Origin: a virus | Reading direction: 5' to 3' (one strand) | IMG/VR virus record: IMGVR_UViG_3300019757_000007 | Span: 10,567 to 74,566 of that record | DNA: 64,000 nucleotides | Shown here: positions 19,375-28,267 of the stretch, piece after piece | Layout: each line of letters opens with the position of its first letter | How positions within the stretch are numbered: position 1 is the stretch's first letter | Translations under genes and position numbers: made by a program | Notes under the pieces: model-generated | The model's input: the letters and a program-made list of their open reading frames with translations, nothing else | Told to the model about the DNA's origin: nothing | Databases searched by the model: none

Positions 19375-19713
19375 TTAATAGCTTATTTCTAAACTAAACC
19401 CATTTTTTTTATTAACTTTTTTTATAATCTTTTCTGTAATAATACACCATCTATTATGTATAATTACACTATTATATCCAAAGTTAGCGGCTTCCCCAGT
19501 TAGTACTAATTTATTTTTAACTACTCCATTTGCAGTAGTACATAATTGGAATTCATTTTCTAAAAAAGTTTTATTTGCAAGTAACTTTATTATATCTCTT
19601 TTTATAATCTTTTTCTTTCCATCATCCCCTAGTAGGACAATTGCTTTACTATGACTATGAAAAGTATTTTCTGATTCGAACCATTCTAGGGACTTAATTA
19701 TGTATGATTTCAT
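19375..19713 (-). CDS. Paralog family 'MKxYxIKSxxWF', member 3
   Basis: N-term MKSYIIKSLEWF; C-term KKVNKKNGFSL. Confidence 0.7.
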   Translation of the reverse strand: MKSYIIKSLEWFESENTFHSHSKAIVLLGDDGKKKIIKRDIIKLLANKTFLENEFQLCTTANGVVKNKLVLTGEAANFGYNSVIIHNRWCIITEKIIKKVNKKNGFSLEISY

Positions 19714-20056
19714 CTAGAATAAATCCGCCTCTTCTATTAATTTTACGAAGGGTTCTTTCTGGAATAATTAAAATATCGTACCAACTCTTATAAAATGTTC
19801 TAGTGACCTCTTCTACTTGAATACCATTGTATTCTTTCATAAATTTTACTCTGAGGTCGCCATTTTTTAATATAGTCCATATATTATCTGATTCTTTAAT
19901 TATTTTATTACAAAAAGGAATCATATCCCTATTAAAAGATTTAATTCCTGTAGTATATCCATATGAATTTGTAATTGGACATCTCCAACTATAAGAATCG
20001 GATGATGTTTTATTTTTACGAAACCAAGCTTCTGATTTTATTTTATATACCTTCAT
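19694..20056 (-). CDS. Paralog family 'MKxYxIKSxxWF', member 2
   Basis: N-term MKVYKIKSEAWF; C-term RKINRRGGFIL. Confidence 0.7.
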   Translation of the reverse strand: MKVYKIKSEAWFRKNKTSSDSYSWRCPITNSYGYTTGIKSFNRDMIPFCNKIIKESDNIWTILKNGDLRVKFMKEYNGIQVEEVTRTFYKSWYDILIIPERTLRKINRRGGFILDEIIHN

Positions 20057-20384
20057 TTAAAATAAAACCTCCTTTAATTTTTTTAGTTTTAAGAGTTGTT
20101 ACTGGAAATTCAATTTCATCATACCACCCCTCATAAAAATACCAATGATCTTTTGAATTAGATAGATTATTATCTTTTATAATTAATGTACTTTTTCCTC
20201 TTCTGCTTAAATCCGGATCATGTTTATGAAATATCTTATCGCAAAAATCTAACATTAATTCATTAAATTTCTCCTTATATAAATTAGACCCAGAACCTTC
20301 TACTGGACATTCCCAAGTTTTAAAATGTTTACCCCTAGTAAAGCTAAGAAACCATTCCTTTGATTTGATTTTATAAGCTTTCAT
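20043..20384 (-). CDS. Paralog family 'MKxYxIKSxxWF', member 1
   Basis: Likely start MKAYKIKSKEWF (track ORF 20043..20411); C-term KKIKGGFIL. Confidence 0.7.
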   Translation of the reverse strand: MKAYKIKSKEWFLSFTRGKHFKTWECPVEGSGSNLYKEKFNELMLDFCDKIFHKHDPDLSRRGKSTLIIKDNNLSNSKDHWYFYEGWYDEIEFPVTTLKTKKIKGGFILNEGI

Positions 20385-20385
20385 T

Positions 20386-20862
20386 TTAGATACACCCACC
20401 ACAGGAACCACTTCTCCAATCTCTCTGTTCTATACCTAGTATTAATAATTTAGTACTTTCTTCTGTTAAAGTAAATCCATTTAATTCTAATAGTTCGACT
20501 ATCTTTTTAAATTTATCACTTAATAAAAAGTCTTGTTCTGTTATACCATCATGATAATTATTCCAGTGTTCCTCGTAGTTATCTCCAAATTCCCAAGCAC
20601 TATAAGTACCAGAAATTCCAAGATGTTCTGTCATCCAATGTCCATACTCATACTTATCTATAGGTTTTCCATACTTATCACATTCACTTGGTAAATAGTT
20701 TCCATTTACTTTAAATACCCAATGACCAGAACATAAATTTGGATAGCCTCCAGTCCAATTTACATTAATAATATCAATTGGTATTAACTTCGGCTTTGCT
20801 TCTACTGTTAAAGTAGGATCTATCGTATAATCTATATTTGATAATCTCTCATTAATATTCAT
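20386..20862 (-). CDS. Hypothetical phage protein with Cys motifs
   Basis: GGYPNLCSG and terminal SCGGCI. Confidence 0.7.
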   Translation of the reverse strand: MNINERLSNIDYTIDPTLTVEAKPKLIPIDIINVNWTGGYPNLCSGHWVFKVNGNYLPSECDKYGKPIDKYEYGHWMTEHLGISGTYSAWEFGDNYEEHWNNYHDGITEQDFLLSDKFKKIVELLELNGFTLTEESTKLLILGIEQRDWRSGSCGGCI

Positions 20863-20873
20863 TATTGTTCCTT

Positions 20874-21200
20874 TTAACTAACCTCGTATTTGTCATAAAA
20901 TTTTTGAAAAGCCGACTCTATATTTTTATAAGAATGTCGTACAAATAAAAAAATTATACCTAATAAATAAATTCCATCAAAAAAGTATTCTTTATGTTCT
21001 AGTGAAAATAAAATTTCAATACCATAAACCATAAAAGAAAATAAAATTAAAGCTACAAAATAAACTAACCATAAATTAGATATAGTCTGATTAATAATTT
21101 TCCATCTTGTATTATTTTCAATCTCTTTCGTTATTTTATACTTACCAGTTTCTTCATTTTTTTCTATATTATATTGATGTTCTAATACATCTGTTCTCAT
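20874..21200 (-). CDS. Membrane protein
   Basis: Two TM segments. Confidence 0.65.
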   Translation of the reverse strand: MRTDVLEHQYNIEKNEETGKYKITKEIENNTRWKIINQTISNLWLVYFVALILFSFMVYGIEILFSLEHKEYFFDGIYLLGIIFLFVRHSYKNIESAFQKFYDKYEVS

Positions 21201-21209
21201 AATATTTCC

Positions 21210-21608
21210 TTATTTTCCTGTATTGATTAAGTATTTTAATGCATGACTAACATGCTTGCAATGTTTTTTATTGCAATTCGGATTTGTACTTGTTGGAGCT
21301 TCGTCTAAAAATCCTTCTGGGATTAATAACGACCCTGCTAGTTTTAAACAATAAGCTCGACGAAAAATAAAATCATGACAAGAACAATAAACTTGTACTT
21401 CAGTATTAGGTTCTATTTTGGCAACCCCATTTCTTCCTCTAATTTTTACCGTGTAAATTTGAGGACCACCATATTTATTTTTTAAAGTAGTATTTTTACT
21501 TCTAAGTACTAACTGTTTAGTTTGACCATTATGCTCGTTAGTTTTATATAAGTTAGTAACTCTAATATCTTCTGTATTACCATCCATTAATTCATGTGCT
21601 CGTAACAT
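21210..21608 (-). CDS. SWIM-type zinc-finger protein
   Basis: VYCSCHDF...HCKHV (CxC...CxH). Confidence 0.75.
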   Translation of the reverse strand: MLRAHELMDGNTEDIRVTNLYKTNEHNGQTKQLVLRSKNTTLKNKYGGPQIYTVKIRGRNGVAKIEPNTEVQVYCSCHDFIFRRAYCLKLAGSLLIPEGFLDEAPTSTNPNCNKKHCKHVSHALKYLINTGK

Positions 21609-21651
21609 TTTTATCCTTTTTAATTTAATTTAATTTTGATTTAGCTAAGAA

Positions 21652-21672
21652 CTAGCTCACTATAGCCAGCTA
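21652..21672 (-). repeat. 21-bp intergenic element TAGCTGGCTATAGTGAGCTAG, copy 1
   Basis: Exact copy; others at 27664, 27987, 37022, 38074 (minus) and 46255 (plus). Confidence 0.85.
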
Positions 21673-21683
21673 TCTGTAGCTAG

Positions 21684-22520
21684 CTATCTTAATATTTTTA
21701 ATTCCATTATGTTAATTATTTTTCTAGCCTCATAATTATGTAATCTTCCATCAAAAAAATCTTCTTCTGTTATATTTTGGGAAGTACAATAAGGTAAATA
21801 ATTTAAGTTTATAGAAGGATTAATTTTTATTCTTTCCTTATTTCTTTTTACTAAATAACCATCTTGTACAATAACCAATGTTTTTGCAGACATTCTTTTT
21901 TTAAATAATCTATCTCCTTGACCCATAACGATATTTGAATTGTGATTTTTAGGCAAGATTAATTCATATATATCATCTCGTAATTGGTAAATTTTTACCC
22001 CTTTTTCTTCCGGAGTAAAAAAACTAATAGAACCTTTATTTTTTTTCATACTTAAAGAATTATCTTTTTCTTTATCATCTAATGGTGGGATATCTCTTTG
22101 ATTCATTTCTAAAGTTTCTGTAATACATAAATTATCTAATTCAGCGTTAACTCTTGTTTCTATAGCTAAAGATTTTCGACGTATTCTTCTTAAGTAATCG
22201 TCCATCACTGTATTTTGTCCATTATATGGATTAATAGATAATGGGATTCTATTAATTGCTCCATACACATCATTTCTAGAAGAAACTGATCGCGGATATG
22301 GAGAGGCACCTGATGATGGAACTGGAGGTGCAGGTGGTGGATGTGGAATCGATCCAAATAAATTACCTTCTTGACCACTTTGTATTATTTGATTCCTTTC
22401 TAGTCTTAACTGCCTTATATGTTCTTCTTTTTCTAGTCTTAATTGCCTTATATGTTCTTCTCTTCTTCTTTCTAAAGCCAATTTTTTAGCACGTTCGTGT
22501 CTATTAATACTTTGATCCAT
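21684..22520 (-). CDS. Hypothetical protein with tandem EEHIRQLRLE duplication and Pro-rich patch
   Basis: 33-nt tandem duplication at ~22398-22460. Confidence 0.7.
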   Translation of the reverse strand: MDQSINRHERAKKLALERRREEHIRQLRLEKEEHIRQLRLERNQIIQSGQEGNLFGSIPHPPPAPPVPSSGASPYPRSVSSRNDVYGAINRIPLSINPYNGQNTVMDDYLRRIRRKSLAIETRVNAELDNLCITETLEMNQRDIPPLDDKEKDNSLSMKKNKGSISFFTPEEKGVKIYQLRDDIYELILPKNHNSNIVMGQGDRLFKKRMSAKTLVIVQDGYLVKRNKERIKINPSINLNYLPYCTSQNITEEDFFDGRLHNYEARKIINIMELKILR

Positions 22521-22524
22521 AAGA

Positions 22525-23352
22525 TTAATCCTCTTTATTTTTAAATAACTCCTTAATTGCTATCGGAGCAAAGTTTGTATTTTCTATACTACAATTTCTA
22601 AAATTCCACCAACCAGCTTCAGGATGATCTTTATCCTCTTGAACTATTCTACTATGAGTATGTCCATGAATATTATCAGATATTCCAAAATCTGGAGCCA
22701 TTCCAAGTAAAGTTTCTATTCTAGGTTGAATAACATTATTTGGATTTTTAGTACGCTTAGTCCATTTCTCTTCTGTAATAGTAGCGGGATAATGACTAAA
22801 TAAAATATTTTTCATATCTCCATTTACTTTTATCTGAAGATTCAATGAACTAAAAAGTTCGTCCTTACTTGCCGCAATTTCTAATCTAGAAGATGTTTCC
22901 CATTTATTCAATAATCTATAACTACCCCGAACTACGTGTTCGCAATCTTTATAAACATGATCCCCTTTTCTATCATGATTCCCAAGAATCATGATAATTC
23001 TTCCATTTAATCTTGGAAGAATTTCCTGGATACCTTTCCAAGCAAAATCACCTAAACATAAAACTAGTTCGTCTGGTTGAACTTCAGTATTCCATCTATG
23101 AATTAACCATTCATTATGAATATCAGTAAGTCCTTTCATCTGTTCTTTTTTTTCTGGAAGTAGTTTTAATGTTTCTGGAATGAACCAATCATTCATATTT
23201 ACTTCTTCCTTTAAAAAACCATCTTCTACCATCTGTTCCATTCTACATGATTCAAATCTTAAAATACCATCATGATTAAAATGTGGATCCGAACACACTT
23301 TTGTATTTTCATCTATTTCTGAAAATAAATGATATAATTTATTTTTAAACAT
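22525..23352 (-). CDS. Calcineurin-like metallophosphoesterase
   Basis: SDPHFNH, LGD, GNHD, HGHTH motifs. Confidence 0.9.
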   Translation of the reverse strand: MFKNKLYHLFSEIDENTKVCSDPHFNHDGILRFESCRMEQMVEDGFLKEEVNMNDWFIPETLKLLPEKKEQMKGLTDIHNEWLIHRWNTEVQPDELVLCLGDFAWKGIQEILPRLNGRIIMILGNHDRKGDHVYKDCEHVVRGSYRLLNKWETSSRLEIAASKDELFSSLNLQIKVNGDMKNILFSHYPATITEEKWTKRTKNPNNVIQPRIETLLGMAPDFGISDNIHGHTHSRIVQEDKDHPEAGWWNFRNCSIENTNFAPIAIKELFKNKED

Positions 23353-23519
23353 TTTTATCCTTTTTTAATTTCTTTTATGACATATTTTATATGTTCTATT
23401 GGATGTAAAGTATAATATATCTGTCGAATAAAAAAAGATTTATAATTAAAGTTTTTTATATAATTATAGATATTCATTAAGAATTCCCCAATCCAGTACT
23501 TTTGTCTTTATTATCAAAT

Positions 23520-23891
23520 TCAAAGTTCTTCCTCCTTATAATCTTCATGTAATTCCATAATTATTCTTTGAGTCGATTCATTAAGTTTATTAATATCGAA
23601 CCATTCTCCTGGATATTTAGTATTAGTAAAACCATCCCATATTAATAATTGAATCCTATTTTTATTATGCTTGTCAAAATTAACCATAAGCATACCCTCT
23701 TTTTTTGGTAGATATTCTCCAAAGAAAACTCTCTCAGAATAAACAGTAGCTAAGTCTATAGGGGCTTTTTCTATTACATTCATTCCGATAGCCATATCTA
23801 CAGCCGCTTCATAAGAAGTTGATTGAGCTTTAATTATTTTCTTCTCTGCTATAAATTCTAAAAATTTTAATTCTTCTTGAGGATTACTCAT
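23520..23891 (-). CDS. Hypothetical protein
   Basis: ORF with AGGAG RBS. Confidence 0.65.
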   Translation of the reverse strand: MSNPQEELKFLEFIAEKKIIKAQSTSYEAAVDMAIGMNVIEKAPIDLATVYSERVFFGEYLPKKEGMLMVNFDKHNKNRIQLLIWDGFTNTKYPGEWFDINKLNESTQRIIMELHEDYKEEEL

Positions 23892-23910
23892 TTTCTTTCT
23901 CCTATTTAAT

Positions 23911-24105
23911 TTAACTTAGACTAAAGCTTCCTGCTTTTTTAGTCATGTTTAATTTAGTCGGACTAGCTTTCTTTTTTGCTAATTCGGCTAATCCAATTCC
24001 TTTATCTTCATATATCTGAGATATTCTATTATTCGAATCGATGGTCATCTTAGCATCCATACTATCCCACATATCATATAATTCTTGTTTTCTTTGTCTA
24101 GTCAT
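23911..24105 (-). CDS. Small hypothetical protein
   Basis: ATGA overlap; C-term KKAGSFSLS. Confidence 0.6.
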   Translation of the reverse strand: MTRQRKQELYDMWDSMDAKMTIDSNNRISQIYEDKGIGLAELAKKKASPTKLNMTKKAGSFSLS

Positions 24106-24401
24106 AAGTATCCTTTAAAAATAAAACCATTTTTTTTATTCTCTTTTTTTAATGGGTTTCTATATTTTTTTAACTCAGTTCTATAAAATTCAGTATCTCC
24201 TTCATTTTTCCAAACAACAGACTCTAAATTTTTAATATATTTTTGAGAAACAGCTCCATCTTTTTCTAATTGTTCAATTAACTCGATTATCTCAATGGCC
24301 TCTTCCATTTTAAGAGTCCCTTTATTTAATATAAAATCTTTATATTCGTCTAGTTTTTTAAAAATTATACTTAATTGTCCAAATGATAAACGTGTGTCCA
24401 T
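24102..24401 (-). CDS. Hypothetical protein
   Basis: ORF with RBS; C-term KKENKKNGFIF. Confidence 0.65.
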   Translation of the reverse strand: MDTRLSFGQLSIIFKKLDEYKDFILNKGTLKMEEAIEIIELIEQLEKDGAVSQKYIKNLESVVWKNEGDTEFYRTELKKYRNPLKKENKKNGFIFKGYL

Positions 24402-24444
24402 ACTTTTTCCTTAATAAGTAATCTCCTTTAAAATAAAAATTAAC

Positions 24445-24645
24445 CAAACAAAAAATGATCCCGCACCACCTTTCAAGCAGTTAAGCTATTCATTAATGAT
24501 AGTCCAGACCCTTACCTTAATCCTAGTACCTTGTGGGTAAGCTAGTTTCTTGTCCTGATTGAATCTCCATTATTGAATACCATAACTCTATCGAGATAGC
24601 CGGTAATCCGAATGTCGTGAAGTCTTTCATTCACAATATTCTTTT
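24445..24645 (-). ncRNA. Candidate structured ncRNA
   Basis: GC-enriched ~200 nt with no credible ORF, right behind promoter copy 2; several short hairpins; ends in a T run. Confidence 0.45.
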
Positions 24646-24649
24646 ATTC

Positions 24650-24690
24650 GATTATAATATATCTATACTTTAGCTATGTTATTTTAAAGT
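24650..24690 (-). promoter_or_regulatory. Conserved phage promoter, copy 2
   Basis: ACTTTAAAATAA-N9-AGTATAGATATATTATAATC. Confidence 0.75.
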
Positions 24691-24694
24691 TAAT

Positions 24695-25258
24695 TTAAGC
24701 TTTTTTTTGCGAATATAACAACTGTTCTAATAAAAAAAGAGACGTTTCCGTACTTCTTAAAGCTCCAGGAATATCACTAAATTCATTAATAATTAAAGAT
24801 TTAGCTACATCTAGACTTTCGCCTAACCAGTTAGTACCTCTCCAATTTCGTCTATCAAAAATTTTATCGTCGTTAACAGCCAGTCCAATTCCCCAAATTC
24901 TATCATAAGGACTAGCTTCTACAAAGAATCTATCTTTATGTTCTAATATTTGAGGTCTTAATTTATCGTTATTGAACTTAAGATAATTTCCAAGAATTAC
25001 AACAGGCATTGCAATTTTTTCCCACTTTTCTTTATTAAAATTCTTAACTTGTCTTCCAAACGCTTTAACTGCTTTTGGACTTCTTTCTTTAAGAATTTTT
25101 TCCATCATCTCTTTATCATCAAAACATTTAGCTTTATGGTACATCATAAAGTGTTCTGCGGTAAAGAAATTATTTCCTTCCCTATCTCTAAAAGGAGCAT
25201 CTCCCCATTGAGAGAATATACTACCATAAAAAAATACATGTGTGTCTGTAATTACCAT
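24695..25258 (-). CDS. NADAR (YbiA/DUF1768) family protein
   Basis: FSQW, TAEHFMMYHKA, KAFGRQV, EASPYDRIWGIG, GTNWLG. Confidence 0.92.
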   Translation of the reverse strand: MVITDTHVFFYGSIFSQWGDAPFRDREGNNFFTAEHFMMYHKAKCFDDKEMMEKILKERSPKAVKAFGRQVKNFNKEKWEKIAMPVVILGNYLKFNNDKLRPQILEHKDRFFVEASPYDRIWGIGLAVNDDKIFDRRNWRGTNWLGESLDVAKSLIINEFSDIPGALRSTETSLFLLEQLLYSQKKA

Positions 25259-25651
25259 TTAGTCTTCCTTTTCTTTTATTGCTTTTATCTCAGAATTAAG
25301 ATTTTTTAATTCTAACATTCTTTCTTCTATTTCTTCATTAAGCTCTAATAGAACTTGAGAAGATTTCTGTAACTGTTTAGATACTTCTTCTACAGAAGCG
25401 TGTTGATTTTCTGGATTATCGACCTCTTCTGTTAATCCAAATTCATGAACTTCTTTTAATTCAGACCCCTCTAACATATTAGAATTAATTTGATCCTCTT
25501 CTTTTAATTCAATACCTTTTACTTTATGAACTACCATTTGAAAAGCCCCAATTAAATTAATGAATTCCTCTACTGAGTAATCGAACCGTTTTCCATCTAG
25601 AGTTCCACCAAACTTAGTTTTATCATTAGACATATATACTTCTATATTCAT
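25259..25651 (-). CDS. Hypothetical coiled-coil protein
   Basis: ORF abutting neighbours. Confidence 0.6.
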   Translation of the reverse strand: MNIEVYMSNDKTKFGGTLDGKRFDYSVEEFINLIGAFQMVVHKVKGIELKEEDQINSNMLEGSELKEVHEFGLTEEVDNPENQHASVEEVSKQLQKSSQVLLELNEEIEERMLELKNLNSEIKAIKEKED

Positions 25652-25655
25652 TTTA

Positions 25656-26351
25656 TTATTCTCCTAAACCTATTATTTTTGATTGACCACTTATCGAAGT
25701 CTGATTACTTCTTGTTTCGGAATTATTAGCCATTATATTACTTTGACCACTTGTTGATAACCCATTGTTTTCTATATTACAATTATTAAATAATATAGCA
25801 CTTTGTCCTGATGAATCTAGTCTAGTAAACTTAACAAGACTATCCGAGATAGTAATATTACTTTGTCCAGATGTTCTAACAGTACAATGAGTTATCTTTC
25901 TATTTTTTATATCAATTTTACTTTGACCTTGGGCTCTAATTTTACCAATAATGATATCAGTATCTTTTAGATAATATGTTTTTGATTTATTCATATCCAT
26001 ATTATTAACAACAGAACCATTATTTATAGTAACCCCATTAATAGTAATTGTCGAATTTATATTATTATCTCCAATTATTTGAGTAATATTATAAGCTTCT
26101 GGATTCTCGGCTTCCTCAACATCTAATTCCAAAGATAAAACTTGTTCTTTTACTCTTGGAATATAAGGCCCAAATACTTTTAACTCTCTTACATTTAATT
26201 CTATATGACAACCCGATCCAATATTAATACTAACGAATTCGTCTAAAGTATTATTTGATTTAGCTACCTTTTCATCTGAAGTTGAATTTAAAGCTTCTTG
26301 GATTTTTCCAGTTAAATTAAAATTCTTTTCTTGTCTATCTCTAAAACTCAT
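25656..26351 (-). CDS. Beta-solenoid repeat protein (GIN/DUF2807-like)
   Basis: Five (S/Q)GQS repeats with 20-aa (60-nt) period. Confidence 0.65.
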   Translation of the reverse strand: MSFRDRQEKNFNLTGKIQEALNSTSDEKVAKSNNTLDEFVSINIGSGCHIELNVRELKVFGPYIPRVKEQVLSLELDVEEAENPEAYNITQIIGDNNINSTITINGVTINNGSVVNNMDMNKSKTYYLKDTDIIIGKIRAQGQSKIDIKNRKITHCTVRTSGQSNITISDSLVKFTRLDSSGQSAILFNNCNIENNGLSTSGQSNIMANNSETRSNQTSISGQSKIIGLGE

Positions 26352-26369
26352 TTTATTCCCCCTTTAAGT

Positions 26370-26591
26370 TTAAATATACGTTATACTTATAATTTTATAA
26401 TCTTGATTTTTTATTTTTTTATCAAGATTAAATTTTTTTATGAATTTAGCTTCGGCTTCTTCAAACATATTTTCTCTATTTTTTATAAGTACTTCTATAA
26501 CTTCTACTTCTCCAATTTTCCAAAGGGAAGATTTATCTTTAATATTATATTTAAAAATAAAATCTTCTAAATCTCCTTGATTTTTAGACAT
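26370..26591 (-). CDS. Hypothetical protein
   Basis: Track ORF 26370..26666; likely start MSKNQ to avoid a long overlap. Confidence 0.5.
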   Translation of the reverse strand: MSKNQGDLEDFIFKYNIKDKSSLWKIGEVEVIEVLIKNRENMFEEAEAKFIKKFNLDKKIKNQDYKIISITYI

Positions 26592-26961
26592 TGGTTGTAG
26601 TTTCGTACCATAAAATATCTTCCGCACCAAATTCTGGGTTAATCCCTTTATTTGGCTCGAATCCATATTTAGTACAAAGTGCTCTCATTGCATTGCTAGG
26701 ATTTGGAACTAAGATACTGTATCCTAAAGATTCTATAGTTTTAAATAAATTCCAAGTATTTCCTTGTCTTGGGAATTTGCTTGTAATTAACGAGATAATA
26801 ATATGTTTATTTTCATTTTCTTTTACTTCCGGTCTCCATAAATAACCATGAAATAACCCTTCTGTAAAACCTATTTTATTAGCAAAATCGTCCCCTAATG
26901 TTATCATTCCTTTTTCTTTACTACCTGGTACTTCTTCAAACTTTATTAAATTATCAAACAT
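26584..26961 (-). CDS. Hypothetical protein, weak GNAT-like pattern
   Basis: PRQGNTWNL...NAMRALCTKYGF resembles the acetyl-CoA binding pattern. Confidence 0.5.
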   Translation of the reverse strand: MFDNLIKFEEVPGSKEKGMITLGDDFANKIGFTEGLFHGYLWRPEVKENENKHIIISLITSKFPRQGNTWNLFKTIESLGYSILVPNPSNAMRALCTKYGFEPNKGINPEFGAEDILWYETTTNV

Positions 26962-26976
26962 TATTTTTCCTTATTT

Positions 26977-27192
26977 TTATTGTACTATAATAACTATTCT
27001 ATATTGCCAATTTCCCCAAATCTCTTCTAAAGAAACGTAAGGATAATCGCACCAATGACCATATTCATCTTCTTGTTTTTGAATTTCATATTCTAAACCA
27101 TGTTCATCTACATAACTTTTAAACTCTTCTAATTTTTCTTTTTGTATAGAAGTCATTTTAAGATTCCGTCTTTTCTTGTACTTCCGATACAT
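26977..27192 (-). CDS. Small hypothetical protein
   Basis: ORF; probable start MTSIQ. Confidence 0.55.
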   Translation of the reverse strand: MYRKYKKRRNLKMTSIQKEKLEEFKSYVDEHGLEYEIQKQEDEYGHWCDYPYVSLEEIWGNWQYRIVIIVQ

Positions 27193-27463
27193 TGATATCA
27201 GTTACTTGGTAACAATCACTATCAGTCCATCTATCATATGATATATTAGCAATAGCAGTTCCACTAATAGAAACAGTACAAAATTGATTATCTTTTTCTA
27301 CAGTAAATGTTTCCCACCAATTAACATTAGTACTATGATCCGTTTTATCTTCATCCGAATCAATAGGATTATATTTATAACCAGCTTTTGTAAAAACCAT
27401 ATTTAATTCAGCTTCGTCTAAATCAACATCATCTATAATTTTTTCAATATCAGCTTTTAACAT
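27158..27463 (-). CDS. Acidic hypothetical protein
   Basis: ORF with RBS. Confidence 0.6.
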   Translation of the reverse strand: MLKADIEKIIDDVDLDEAELNMVFTKAGYKYNPIDSDEDKTDHSTNVNWWETFTVEKDNQFCTVSISGTAIANISYDRWTDSDCYQVTDINVSEVQEKTES

Positions 27464-27643
27464 TTAAGATTCCTTCTTTTCCTGTAATGTGTAATAACAT
27501 AAGTATCCAAAAGCCAAACTTAAGAATACTCCTTGACCAAACCCCATATTTACCGGATGTATTAATCCTGAGAAAAATAAAGAACCACCCATAAAATTAC
27601 TTAGGTTATGGGATTTTTTATAATCTGGAATTATTAAATTCAT
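27464..27643 (-). CDS. Small membrane protein (59 aa, below track cutoff)
   Basis: Hand-translated MNLIIPDYKKSHNLSNFMGGSLFFSG...; AAGGA RBS; stop abuts the next start. Confidence 0.55.
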   Translation of the reverse strand: MNLIIPDYKKSHNLSNFMGGSLFFSGLIHPVNMGFGQGVFLSLAFGYLCYYTLQEKKES

Positions 27644-27663
27644 TTTTTTCCTTTATCTAATAA

Positions 27664-27684
27664 CTAGCTCTCTATAGCCAGCTA
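27664..27684 (-). repeat. 21-bp element, copy 2
   Basis: One mismatch to consensus. Confidence 0.8.
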
Positions 27685-27691
27685 TCCTATT

Positions 27692-27943
27692 TTATTCGTC
27701 TATAACTTCACATTCATCTATATTTTCAGTATCCAATAAAGAATCAATAATTTTCTGTAAGTCTTCATTTGCTACAGTATCTCCAGTTTTTGAATGATAT
27801 ATAGCACAACTACCTTCTCCATCCTGACCATAAATTTCACACTCTTGCATCCATCCACAGATAGAATTCCAATCATATCCTAATGTTTCACCATGACTAT
27901 TTATATCGCTTGAATCACATGTCCAATTTTGCTCTAATGCCAT
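27692..27943 (-). CDS. Small acidic hypothetical protein
   Basis: ORF flanked by two copies of the 21-bp element. Confidence 0.65.
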   Translation of the reverse strand: MALEQNWTCDSSDINSHGETLGYDWNSICGWMQECEIYGQDGEGSCAIYHSKTGDTVANEDLQKIIDSLLDTENIDECEVIDE

Positions 27944-27986
27944 TTTATATCCTTTTTAATTTAATTTATTTTTATTTAGCTGGTAG

Positions 27987-28007
27987 CTAGCTATCTATAG
28001 CCAGCTA
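27987..28007 (-). repeat. 21-bp element, copy 3
   Basis: Two mismatches to consensus. Confidence 0.75.
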
Positions 28008-28015
28008 CTCTATTT

Positions 28016-28267
28016 TTAATTCCAGTTATCTATAACTTTAGATAAATCATCTCTTAACTCTACTATAGAATCAATAGGAAGAACTCCTACTAAATCCATA
28101 ATTTCGTAGCTAAGATCATCTATCTTTTCATCTAATTCTTCATTAGAAGAGTATTCTATAGTCATAACATCCTCTAATACCAAACACTTATCGTTTTCTT
28201 TTACTATAGGAAGAACTTTTATTACTCCCATTATAAACCTTTTCTTTTTCCTATCTCTAGAAAACAT
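28016..28267 (-). CDS. Small hypothetical protein
   Basis: ORF; probable start MGVIK at 28231. Confidence 0.55.
   Translation of the reverse strand: MFSRDRKKKRFIMGVIKVLPIVKENDKCLVLEDVMTIEYSSNEELDEKIDDLSYEIMDLVGVLPIDSIVELRDDLSKVIDNWN

Noticed and set aside
22398-22460. 33-nt tandem duplication as a functional repeat locus
   Set aside because: Only two in-frame units within a coding helix; ordinary slippage.
24530-24632. 35-codon ORF MKDFTTFGLPAISIELW...
   Set aside because: No RBS and atypical composition; an ncRNA reading fits better.
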